Positions 53,376-64,000 of a DNA stretch of 64,000 nt are shown piece after piece. The translations under genes and the position numbers were made by a program. Positions within the stretch are counted from its first letter, which is position 1, and each line of letters starts with the position of its first letter. The notes below the pieces were generated by a model. That model saw only the letters and a program-made list of their open reading frames with translations, did no database searches and had not been told where the DNA came from. Source of the DNA: Eledone cirrhosa (lineage: Eukaryota); contig OZ024740.1 in assembly GCA_964016885.1 (NCBI GenBank), positions 261,516,001-261,580,000 on the forward strand. Reading direction: 5' to 3'.

Positions 53376-53572
53376 GATGTATTGATGTTGATGTTGTTAC
53401 TGTTATTGCTGTTGGTGTTGTTATTGCTGTTGTTGTTGTTGTTGTTGTTGTTGTTGATGTATTGATGTTGTTGTTGTTACTGTTATTGCTGTTGGTGTTG
53501 TTGTTATTGTTGTTGTTGTTGATGTATTGATGTTGATGTTGTTACTGTTATTGCTGTTGGTGTTGTTATTGC

Positions 53573-53603
<31 letters not shown>

Positions 53604-53643
53604 GATGTATTGATGTTGATGTTGTTACTGTTATTGCTGTTGG

Positions 53644-53686
<43 letters not shown>

Positions 53687-53721
53687 GATGTTGATGTTGT
53701 TACTGTTATTGCTGTTGGTGT

Positions 53722-53753
<32 letters not shown>

Positions 53754-53758
53754 ATGTA

Positions 53759-53805
<47 letters not shown>

Positions 53806-53865
53806 GATGTATTGGTGTTGATGTTGTTACTGTTATTGCTGTTGGTGTTGTTGTTGTTGTTGTTA
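52705..53865. repeat. GTT-rich minisatellite with variable ~65-85-bp units
   Basis: GATGTATTGATGTTGATGTTGTTACTGTTATTGCTGTTGGTGTT(GTT)n repeated about 15 times. Confidence 0.95.
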
Positions 53866-53933
53866 TCGATATTGGTGTTACTCTGATTGATGTTGTTGCT
53901 GTTAATGTTGCAGTTGTTGTTACTGTTGGGGCG

Positions 53934-56900
53934 GTGGAGGTGACGGAAGTGGTGGAGGTGGTGGAGGTGGTGGAGGTGGTGGGAATGGTGGAGGTGGTGG
54001 AGGTGGTGGAGGTGATGGAAGTGGTGGAGGTGGTGGAAGTGGTGGAGGTGGTGGGAATGGTGGAGGTGGTGGAAGTGGTGGAGGTGGTGGAGGTGGTGGA
54101 AGTGGTGGAAGTGGTGGAGGTGGTGGGAGTGGTGGAGGTGGTGGAAGTGGTGGAGGTGATGGAAGTGGTGGAGGTGGTGGAGGTGATGGAAGTGATGGAC
54201 GTGGTGGAAGTGGTGGAGGTGGTGGAAGTGGTGGAGGTGGTGGAGGTGGTGGAGGTGGTGGAAGTGGTGGAGGTGGTGGAGGTGGTGGGAATGGTGGAGG
54301 TGGTGGAGGTGGTGGGAATGGTGGAGGTGGTGGAGGTGGTGGAAGTGGTGGAGGTGGTGGAGGTGGTGGAGGTGGTGGAAGTGGTGGAGGTGGTGGAGGT
54401 GGTGGAAGTGGTGGAGGTGGTGGAAGTGGTGGAGGTGGTGGAGGTGGTTGGAATGGTGGAAGTGGTGGAGGTGGTGGAGGTGGTGGAAGTGGTGGAGGTC
54501 GTGGAGGTGGTTGGAATGGTGGAAGTGGTGGAGGTGGTGGAGGTGGTGGAGGTGGTGGAAGTGGTGGAGGTGGTGGAGGTGGTTGGAATGGTGGAAGTGG
54601 TGGAGGTGGTAGAGGTGGTGGAGGTGGTGGAAGTGGTGGAGGTGGTGGAGGTGGTTGGAATGGTGGAAGTGGTGGAGGTGGTGGAGGTGGTGGAAGTGGT
54701 GGAGGTGGTGGAGGTGGTGGAGGTGGTGGAAGTGGTGGAGGTGGTGGAAGTGGTGGAGGTGGTGGAGGTGGTTGGAATGGTGGAAGTGGTGGAGGTGTTG
54801 GAGGTGGTGGAAGTGGTGGAGGTGGTGGAAGTGGTGGAGGTGGTGGAGGTGGTTGGAATGGTGGAGGTGGTGGAGGTGGTGGTGGAAGTGGTGGAGGTGG
54901 TGGAAGTGGTGGAGGTGGTGGAGGTGGTTGGAATGGTGGAGGTGGTGGAGGTGGTGGGAATGGTGGAGGAGGTGGTGGAGGAGGTGGAAGTGGTGGAAGT
55001 GGTGAAGGTGGTGGAGGTGGTGGAGGTGATGGAAGTGGTGGAGGTGGTGGAAGTGGTGGAAGTGGTGGAGGTGGTGGAGGTGGTGGGAATGGTGGAGGTG
55101 GTGGAGGTGGTGGAGGTGGTGGAAGTGGTGGAGGTGGTGGAGGTGGTGGAAGTGGTGGAGGTGGTGGAGGTGGTGGAGGTGGTTGGAATGGTGGAGGTGG
55201 TGGAGGTGGTGGAAGTGGTGGAAGTGGTGGAGGTGGTGGAGGTGGTGGAAGTGGTTGGAATGGTGGAAGTGGTGGAGGTGGTGGAGGTGGTTGGAATGGT
55301 GGAAGTGGTGGAGGTGGTGGAGGTGGTGGAAGTGGTGGAGGTGGTGGAAGTGGTGGAGGTGGTGGAGGTGGTTGGAATGGTGGAGGTGGTGGAGGTGGTG
55401 GAAGTGGTGGAAGTGGTGGAGGTGGTGGAGGTGGTGGAAGTGGTGGAGGTGGTGGAGGTGATGGAAGTGGTGGAGGTGGTGGAGGTGGTGGAAGTGGTGG
55501 AGGTGGTGGAAGTGGTGGAGGTGGTGGAGGTGGTTGGAATGCTGGAGGTGGTGGAGGTGGTGGGAATGGTGGAGGTGGTGGAAGTGGTGGAAGTGGTGGA
55601 GGTGGTGGAGGTGGTCGGAATGGTGGAGGTGGTGGAGGTGGTGGAGGTGGTGGAGGTGGTGGAAGTGGTGGAGGTGGTGGAGGTGGTGGAAGTGGTGGAG
55701 GTGGTGGAGGTGGTGGAGGTGGTTGGAATGGTGGAAGTGGTGGAGGTGGTGGAGGTGGTGGAAGTGGTGGAGGTGGTGGAAGTGGTGGAGGTGGTGGAGG
55801 TGGTTGGAATGGTGGAGGTGGTGGAGGTGGTGGAAGTGGTGGAAGTGGTGGAGGTGGTGGAGGTGGTGGAAGTGGTGGAGGTGGTGGAGGTGATGGAAGT
55901 GGTGGAGGTGGTGGAGGTGATGAACGTGGTGGAGGTGGTGGAGGTGGTGGAGGTGGTGGAAGTGGTGGAGGTGGTGGGAATGGTGGAGGTGGTGGAAGTG
56001 GTGGAGGTGGTGGAAGTGATGGAAGTGGTGGAGGTGGTGGAGGTGGTGGACGTGGTGGAGGTGGTGGAGGTGACGGAAGTGGTGGAGGTGGTGGAAGTGG
56101 TGGATGTGGTGGAAGTGCTGGAAGTGGTGGAGGTGGTGGAGGTGGTGGGAATGGTGGAGGTGGTGGAAGTGGTGGAGGTGGTGGGAGTGGTGGAGGTGGT
56201 GGGAATGGTGGAGGAGGTGGTGGAGGTGGTGGAAGTGGTGGAAGTGGTGGAGGTGGTGGAAGTGGTGGAGGTGGTGTAGGTGGTGGAAGTGGTGGATGTG
56301 GTGGAAGTGGTGGAGGTGGTGGAAGTGGTGGAAGTGGTGGAGGTGGTGGAGGTGGTGGGAATGGTGGAGGTGGTGGAAGTAGTGGAGGTGGTGGAGGTGG
56401 TGGAGGTGGTGGAAGTGGTGGAGGTGGTGGGAGTGCTGGAGGTGGTGGAAGTGGTGGAGGTGGTGGAGGTGGTGGCAGTGGTGGAAGTGGTGGAGGTGGT
56501 GGGAGTGGTGGAGGTGGTGGAAGTGGTGGAGGTGGTGGAGGTGGTGGAAGTGGTGGAAGTGGTGGAGGTGGTGGGAGGGGTGGAGGTGGTGGAAGTGGTG
56601 GAGGTGATGGAAGTGGTGGAGGTGGTGGAGGTGATGGAAGTGATGGACGTGGTGGAGGTGGTGGGAATGGTGGAGGTGGTGGAAGTGGTGGAGGTGGTGG
56701 AAGTGGTGGAGGTGGTGGAAGTAGTGGAAGTGGTGGAGGTGGTGGGAGTGGTGGAGGTTGTGGAAGTGGTGGAGGTGGTGGAAGTGGTGGAAGTGGTGGA
56801 GGTGGTGGGAGTGGTGGAGGTGGTGGAAGTGGTGGAAGTGATGGACGTGGTGGAGGTGGTGGGAATGGTGGAGGTGGTGTAGGTGGTGGAAGTTGTGGAG

Positions 56901-59900
56901 GTGGTGGAAGTGGTGGAGGTGGTGGAAGTGGTGGAGGTGGTGGAGGTGGTGGAAGTGGTGGGAATGGTGGAGGTGGTGGAAGTGGTGGAGGTGGTGGAGG
57001 TGATGGAAGTGGTGGAGGTGGTGGGAATGGTGGAGGTGGTGGAAGTGGTGGAGGTGGTGGAGGTGGTGGGAGTGGTGGAGGTTGTGGAAGTAGTGGAGGT
57101 GGTGGAAGTGGTGGAAGTGGTGGAGGTGGTGGGAGTGGTGGAGGTGGTGGAAGTGGTGGAAATGATGGACGTGGTGAAGGTGGTGGGAATGGTGGAGGTG
57201 GTTGAGGTGGTGGAAGTGGTGGAGGTGGTGGAGGTGGTGGAAGTGGTGGAAGTGGTGGAGGTGGTGGGAGTGGTGGAGGTGGTGGAAGTGGTGGAGGTGA
57301 TGGAAGTGGTGGAGGTGGTGGATGTGATGGAAGTGATGGACGTGGTGGAGGTGGTGGGAATGGTGGAGGTGGTGGAAGTGGTGGAGGTGGTGGAGGTGGT
57401 GGAGGTGGTGGAAGTGGTGGAGGTGGTGGGAGTGGTGGAGGTGGTGGAAGTGGTGGAGGTGGTGGAAGTGGTGGAAGTGGTGGAAGTGGTGGAGGTGATG
57501 GGAGTGGTGGAGGTGGTGGAGGTGATGGAAGTGGTGGAGGTGGTGGAGGTGATGGAAGTGATGGACGTGGTGGAGGTGGTGGAGGTGGTGGGAATGCTGG
57601 AGGTGGTGGAAGTGGTGGAGGTGGTGGAAGTGGTGGAAGTGGTGGAAGTGGTGGAGGTGGTGGGAGTGGTGGAGGTGGTGGAAGTGATGGAAGTGGTGGA
57701 GGTGGTGGAGGTGATGGAAGTGATGGACGTGGTGGAGGTGTTGGGAATGGTGGAGGTGGTGGAAGTGGTGGAGGTGGTGGAAGTGGTGGAAGTGGTGGAA
57801 GTGGTGGAGGTGGTGGGAGTGGTGGAGGTGGTGGAAGTGATGGAAGTGGTGGAGGTGGTGGAGGTGATGGAAGTGATGGACGTGGTGGAGGTGGTGGGAG
57901 TGGTGGAGGTGGAGGAAGTGGTGGAGGTGGTGGAAGTGATGGAAGTGGTGGAGGTGGTGGAGGTGATGGAAGTGATGGACGTGGTGGAGGTGTTGGGAAT
58001 GGTGGAGGTGGTGGAAGTGGTGGAGGTGGTGGAAGTGGTGGAAGTGGTGGAAGTGGTGGAGGTGGTGGGAGTGGTGGAGGTGGTGGAAGTGATGGAAGTG
58101 GTGGAGGTGGTGGAGGTGATGGAAGTGATGGACGTGGTGGAGGTGTTGGGAATGGTGGAGGTGGTGGAAGTGGTGGAGGTGGTGGAAGTGGTGGAAGTGG
58201 TGGAAGTGGTGGAGGTGGTGGGAGTGGTGGAGGTGGTGGAAGTGATGGAAGTGGTGGAGGTGGTGGAGATGATGGAAGTGATGGACGTGGTGGAGGTGGT
58301 GGGAATGGTGGAGGTGGTGGAAGTGGTGGAGGTGGTGGAAGTGGTGGAGGTGGTGGAGGTGGTGGAGGTGCTGGAAGTGGTGGAGGTGGTGGAAGTAGTG
58401 GAAGTGGTGGAGGTGGTGGGAGTGGTGGAGGTTGTGGAAGTGGTGGAGGTGGTGGAAGTGGTGGAGGTGGTGGAGGTGATGGAAGTGATGGACGTGGTGG
58501 AGGTGTTGGGAATGGTGGAGGTGGTGGAAGTGGTGGAGGTGGTTTAGGTGGTGGAAGTGGTGGAAGTGGTGGAGGTGGTGGGAATGGTGGAGGTGGTGGA
58601 AGTGGTGGAGGTGGTGGAAGTGGTGGAGGTGGTGGAGGTGGTGGAGGTGGTGGAAGTGGTGGAGGTGGTGGAAGTAGTGGAAGTGGTGGAGGTGGTGGGA
58701 GTGGTGGAGGTTGTGGAAGTGGTGGAGGTGGTGGAAGTGGTGGAAGTGGTGGAGGTGGTGGGAGTGGTGGAGGTAGTGTAAGTGGTGGAAGTGATGGACG
58801 TGGTGGAGGTGGTGGGAATGGTGGAGGTGGTGTAGGTGGTGGAGGTGGTGGAAGTGGTGGAGGTGGTGGAAGTGGTGGAGGTGGTGGAGGTGGTGGAAGT
58901 GGTGGGAATGGTGGAGGTGGTGGAAGTGGTGGAGGTGGTGGAGGTGATGGAAGTGGTGGAGGTGGTGGAAGTGGTGGAGGTGGTGGAAGTGGTGGAAGTG
59001 GTGGAAGTGGTGGAGGTGGTGGAAGTGGTGGAGGTGGTGGAGGTGGTGGAGGTTGTGGAGGTGCTGGAAGTGGTGGAGGTGGTGGAAGTGGTGGAGGTGG
59101 TGGAAGTAGTGGCAGTGGTGGAGGTGGTGGGAGTGGTGGAGGTTGTGGAAGTGGTGGAGGTGGTGGAAGTGGTGGAAGTGGTGGAGGTGGTGGGAGTGGT
59201 GGAGGTGATGGAAGTGGTGGAAGTGATGGACGTGGTGGAGGTGGTGGGAATGGTGGAGGTGGTTGAGGTGGTGGAAGTGGTGGAGGTGGTGGAAGTGGTG
59301 GAGGTGGTGGAGGTGATGGAAGTGGTGGAGGTGGTGGAAGTGGTGGAGGTGGTGGAAGTGGTGGAGGTGGTGGAAGTGGTGGAGGTGGTGGAAGTGGTGG
59401 AGGTGGTGGAGGTGGTGGAGGTTGTGGAGGTGCTGGAAGTGGTGGAGGTGGTGGAAGTGGTGGAGGTGGTGGAAGTAGTGGAAGTGGTGGAGGTGGTGGG
59501 AGTGGTGGAGGTGGTGGAAAGTGGTGGAGGTGGTGGAAGTGGTGGAAGTGGTGGAGGTGGTGGGAGTGGTGGAGGTGATGGAAGTGGTGGAAGTGATGGA
59601 CGTGGTGGAGGTGGTGGGAATGGTGGAGGTGGTTGAGGTGGTGGAAGTGGTGGAGGTGGTGGAAGTGGTGGAAGTGGTGGAGGTGGTGGAAGTGGTGGAG
59701 GTGGTGGAGGTGATGGAAGTGGTGGAGGTGGTGGGAATGGTGGAGGTGGTGGAAGTGGTGGAGGTGGTGGAAGTGGTGGAGGTGGTGGAAGTGGTGGAGG
59801 TGGTGGAGGTGGTGGAGGTGGTGGAGGTGGTGGAGGTGGTGGAGGTGCTGGAAGTGGTGGAGGTGGTGGAAGTGGTGGAGGTGGTGGAAGTAGTGGAAGT

Positions 59901-62900
59901 GGTGGAGGTGGTGGGAGTGGTGGAGGTTGTGGAAGTGGTGGAGGTTGTGGAAGTGGTGGAAGTGGTGGAGGTGGTGGGAGTGGTGGAGGTGGTGGAAGTG
60001 GTGGAAGTGGTGGAAGTGGTGGAGGTGGTGGAGGTGGTGGAAGTGGTGGAGGTGGTGGAGGTGATGGAAGTGGTGGAGGTGGTGGAGGTGATGAACGTGG
60101 TGGAGGTGGTGGAGGTGGTGGAAGTGGTGGAGGTGGTGGGAATGGTGGAGGTGGTGGAAGTGGTGGAGGTGGTGGAAGTGATGGAAGTGGTGGAGGTGGT
60201 GGAGGTGGTGGACGTGGTGGAGGTGGTGGAGGTGACGGAAGTGGTGGAGGTGGTGGAAGTGGTGGATGTGGTGGAAGTGCTGGAAGTGGTGGAGGTGGTG
60301 GAGGTGGTGGGAATGGTGGAGGTGGTGGAAGTGGTGGAGGTGGTGGGAGTGGTGGAGGTGGTGGGAATGGTGGAGGAGGTGGTGGAGGTGGTGGAAGTGG
60401 TGGAAGTGGTGGAGGTGGTGGAAGTGGTGGAGGTGGTGTAGGTGGTGGAGGTGGTGGGAATGGTGGATGTGGTGGAAGTAGTGGAGGTGGTGGAGGTGGT
60501 GGAGGTGGTGGAAGTGGTGGAGGTGGTGGGAGTGGTGGAGGTGGTGGAAGTGGTGGAGGTGGTGGAGGTGGTGGCAGTGGTGGAAGTGGTGGAGGTGGTG
60601 GGAGTGGTGGAGGTGGTGGAAGTGGTGGAGGTGGTGGAGGTGGTGGAAGTGGTGGAAGTGGTGGAGGTGGTGGGAGGGGTGGAGGTGGTGGAAGTGGTGG
60701 AGGTGATGGAAGTGGTGGAGGTGGTGGAGGTGATGGAAGTGATGGACGTGGTGGAGGTGGTGGGAATGGTGGAGGTGGTGGAAGTGGTGGAGGTGGTGGA
60801 AGTGGTGGAGGTGGTGGAAGTAGTGGAAGTGGTGGAGGTGGTGGGAGTGGTGGAGGTTGTGGAAGTGGTGGAGGTGGTGGAAGTGGTGGAAGTGGTGGAG
60901 GTGGTGGGAGTGGTGGAGGTGGTGGAAGTGGTGGAAGTGATGGACGTGGTGGAGGTGGTGGGAATGGTGGAGGTGGTGTAGGTGGTGGAAGTTGTGGAGG
61001 TGGTGGAAGTGGTGGAGGTGGTGGAAGTGGTGGAGGTGGTGGAGGTGGTGGAAGTGGTGGGAATGGTGGAGGTGGTGGAAGTGGTGGAGGTGGTGGAGGT
61101 GATGGAAGTGGTGGAGGTGGTGGGAATGGTGGAGGTGGTGGAAGTGGTGGAGGTGGTGGAGGTGGTGGGAGTGGTGGAGGTTGTGGAAGTGGTGGAGGTG
61201 GTGGAAGTGGTGGAAGTGGTGGAGGTGGTGGGAGTGGTGGAGGTGGTGGAAGTGGTGGAAGTGATGGACGTGGTGAAGGTGGTGGGAATGGTGGAGGTGG
61301 TTGAGGTGGTGGAAGTGGTGGAGGTGGTGGAGGTGGTGGAAGTGGTGGAAGTGGTGGAGGTGGTGGGAGTGGTGGAGGTGGTGGAAGTGGTGGAGGTGAT
61401 GGAAGTGGTGGAGGTGGTGGATGTGATGGAAGTGATGGACGTGGTGGAGGTGGTGGGAATGGTGGAGGTGGTGGAAGTGGTGGAGGTGGTGGAGTTGGTG
61501 GAGGTGGTGGAAGTGGTGGAGGTGGTGGGAGTGGTGGAGGTGGTGGAAGTGGTGGAGGTGGTGGAAGTGGTGGAAGTGGTGGAAGTGGTGGAGGTGATGG
61601 GAGTGGTGGAGGTGGTGGAGGTGATGGAAGTGGTGGAGGTGGTGGAGGTGATGGAAGTGATGGACGTGGTGGAGGTGGTGGAGGTGGTGGGAATGCTGGA
61701 GTTGGTGGAAGTGGTGGAGGTGGTGGAAGTGGTGGAAGTGGTGGAAGTGGTGGAGGTGGTGGGAGTGGTGGAGGTGGTGGAAGTGATGGAAGTGGTGGAG
61801 GTGGTGGAGGTGATGGAAGTGATGGACGTGGTGGAGGTGTTGGGAATGGTGGAGGTGGTGGAAGTGGTGGAGGTGGTGGAAGTGGTGGAAGTGGTGGAAG
61901 TGGTGGAGGTGGTGGGAGTGGTGGAGGTGGTGGAAGTGATGGAAGTGGTGGAGGTGGTGGAGGTGATGGAAGTGATGGACGTGGTGGAGGTGGTGGGAGT
62001 GGTGGAGGTGGAGGAAGTGGTGGAGGTGGTGGAAGTGATGGAAGTGGTGGAGGTGGTGGAGGTGATGGAAGTGATGGACGTGGTGGAGGTGTTGGGAATG
62101 GTGGAGGTGGTGGAAGTGGTGGAGGTGGTGGAAGTGGTGGAAGTGGTGGAAGTGGTGGAGGTGGTGGGAGTGGTGGAGGTGGTGGAAGTGATGGAAGTGG
62201 TGGAGGTGGTGGAGGTGATGGAAGTGATGGACGTGGTGGAGGTGTTGGGAATGGTGGAGGTGGTGGAAGTGGTGGAGGTGGTGGAAGTGGTGGAAGTGGT
62301 GGAAGTGGTGGAGGTGGTGGGAGTGGTGGAGGTGGTGGAAGTGATGGAAGTGGTGGAGGTGGTGGAGGTGATGGAAGTGATGGACGTGGTGGAGGTGGTG
62401 GGAATGGTGGAGGTGGTGGAAGTGGTGGAGGTGGTGGAAGTGGTGGAGGTGGTGGAGGTGGTGGAGGTGCTGGAAGTGGTGGAGGTGGTGGAAGTAGTGG
62501 AAGTGGTGGAGGTGGTGGGAGTGGTGGAGGTTGTGGAAGTGGTGGAGGTGGTGGAAGTGGTGGAGGTGGTGGAGGTGATGGAAGTGATGGACGTGGTGGA
62601 GGTGTTGGGAATGGTGGAGGTGGTGGAAGTGGTGGAGGTGGTTTAGGTGGTGGAAGTGGTGGAAGTGGTGGAGGTGGTGGGAATGGTGGAGGTGGTGGAA
62701 GTGGTGGAGGTGGTGGAAGTGGTGGAGGTGGTGGAGGTGGTGGAGGTGGTGGAAGTGGTGGAGGTGGTGGAAGTAGTGGAAGTGGTGGAGGTGGTGGGAG
62801 TGGTGGAGGTTGTGGAAGTGGTGGAGGTGGTGGAAGTGGTGGAAGTGGTGGAGGTGGTGGGAGTGGTGGAGGTAGTGTAAGTGGTGGAAGTGATGGACGT

Positions 62901-64000
62901 GGTGGAGGTGGTGGGAATGGTGGAGGTGGTGTAGGTGGTGGAGGTGGTGGAAGTGGTGGAGGTGGTGGAGGTGGTGGAAGTGGTGGGAATGGTGGAGGTG
63001 GTGGAAGTGGTGGAGGTGGTGGAGGTGATGGAAGTGGTGGAGGTGGTGGAAGTGGTGGAGGTGGTGGAAGTGGTGGAAGTGGTGGAAGTGGTGGAGGTGG
63101 TGGAAGTGGTGGAGGTGGTGGAGGTGGTGGAGGTTGTGGAGGTGCTGGAAGTGGTGGAGGTGGTGGAAGTGGTGGAGGTGGTGGAAGTAGTGGCAGTGGT
63201 GGAGGTGGTGGGAGTGGTGGAGGTTGTGGAAGTGGTGGAGGTGGTGGAAGTGGTGGAAGTGGTGGAGGTGGTGGGAGTGGTGGAGGTGATGGAAGTGGTG
63301 GAAGTGATGGACGTGGTGGAGGTGGTGGGAATGGTGGAGGTGGTTGAGGTGGTGGAAGTGGTGGAGGTGGTGGAAGTGGTGGAGGTGGTGGAGGTGATGG
63401 AAGTGGTGGAGGTGGTGGAAGTGGTGGAGGTGGTGGAAGTGGTGGAGGTGGTGGAAGTGGTGGAGGTGGTGGAAGTGGTGGAGGTGGTGGAGGTGGTGGA
63501 GGTTGTGGAGGTGCTGGAAGTGGTGGAGGTGGTGGAAGTGGTGGAGGTGGTGGAAGTAGTGGAAGTGGTGGAGGTGGTGGGAGTGGTGGAGGTGGTGGAA
63601 GTGGTGGAGGTGGTGGAAGTGGTGGAAGTGGTGGAGGTGGTGGGAGTGGTGGAGGTGATGGAAGTGGTGGAAGTGATGGACGTGGTGGAGGTGGTGGGAA
63701 TGGTGGAGGTGGTTGAGGTGGTGGAAGTGGTGGAGGTGGTGGAAGTGGTGGAAGTGGTGGAGGTGGTGGAAGTGGTGGAGGTGGTGGAGGTGATGGAAGT
63801 GGTGGAGGTGGTGGGAATGGTGGAGGTGGTGGAAGTGGTGGAGGTGGTGGAAGTGGTGGAGGTGGTGGAAGTGGTGGAGGTGGTGGAGGTGGTGGAGGTG
63901 GTGGAGGTGGTGGAGGTGCTGGAAGTGGTGGAGGTGGTGGAAGTGGTGGAGGTGGTGGAAGTAGTGGAAGTGGTGGAGGTGGTGGGAGTGGTGGAGGTTG
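53934..64000. repeat. 9-bp satellite (GTGGTGGAG/GTGGTGGAA) with a ~4.1-kb higher-order repeat; continues past the window end
   Basis: ORF-track blocks 56883-58547 and 60982-62646 are near-identical at offset 4099; rare variants (GTTTAG, GTGTAA, ATGAAC) recur in register. Confidence 0.97.

Noticed and set aside
52705-53865. CRISPR-like array or coding repeat
   Set aside because: The spacers are only variable (GTT)n, the context is eukaryotic, and the frame shifts with each unit.
53934-62880. Long (VVE)n and W/R/K ORFs as proteins
   Set aside because: These are translations of the 9-bp satellite with scattered stops and implausible composition.

Overview
This is repeat-dense eukaryotic (animal) DNA with no recognisable intact host gene. 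The extreme (TA)n/(CA)n/(GA)n density and the SINE/LINE content suggest a cephalopod such as Octopus (inference). Decayed transposons present: two RTE-clade LINEs, three Tx1/L1-clade LINEs, R4/Dong-like and CRE-like RLE 3' fragments, several Penelope-like elements (PLEs; one with RT, GIY-YIG and inverted pseudo-LTRs), two Helitrons and more than 15 tRNA-SINE copies. There is also a 200-N gap, a GTT-rich minisatellite and more than 10 kb of a 9-bp GTGGTGGAR satellite with a ~4.1-kb higher-order repeat. The most striking signal lies in the short apparently unique stretches between (TA)n tracts. These are at least ten unrelated families of non-coding elements (~150-570 nt), often arranged as an inverted partial copy followed by a circularly permuted direct copy. 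Most carry a type I hammerhead ribozyme (HHR), about 20 motifs in total, including minimal forms with palindromic stem III, forms with a long stem II, and U3-A8 or A4 core variants. This looks like a diverse PLE-mobilised retrozyme / circular-RNA system that targets TA microsatellites. All calls were made by eye; boundaries are approximate.
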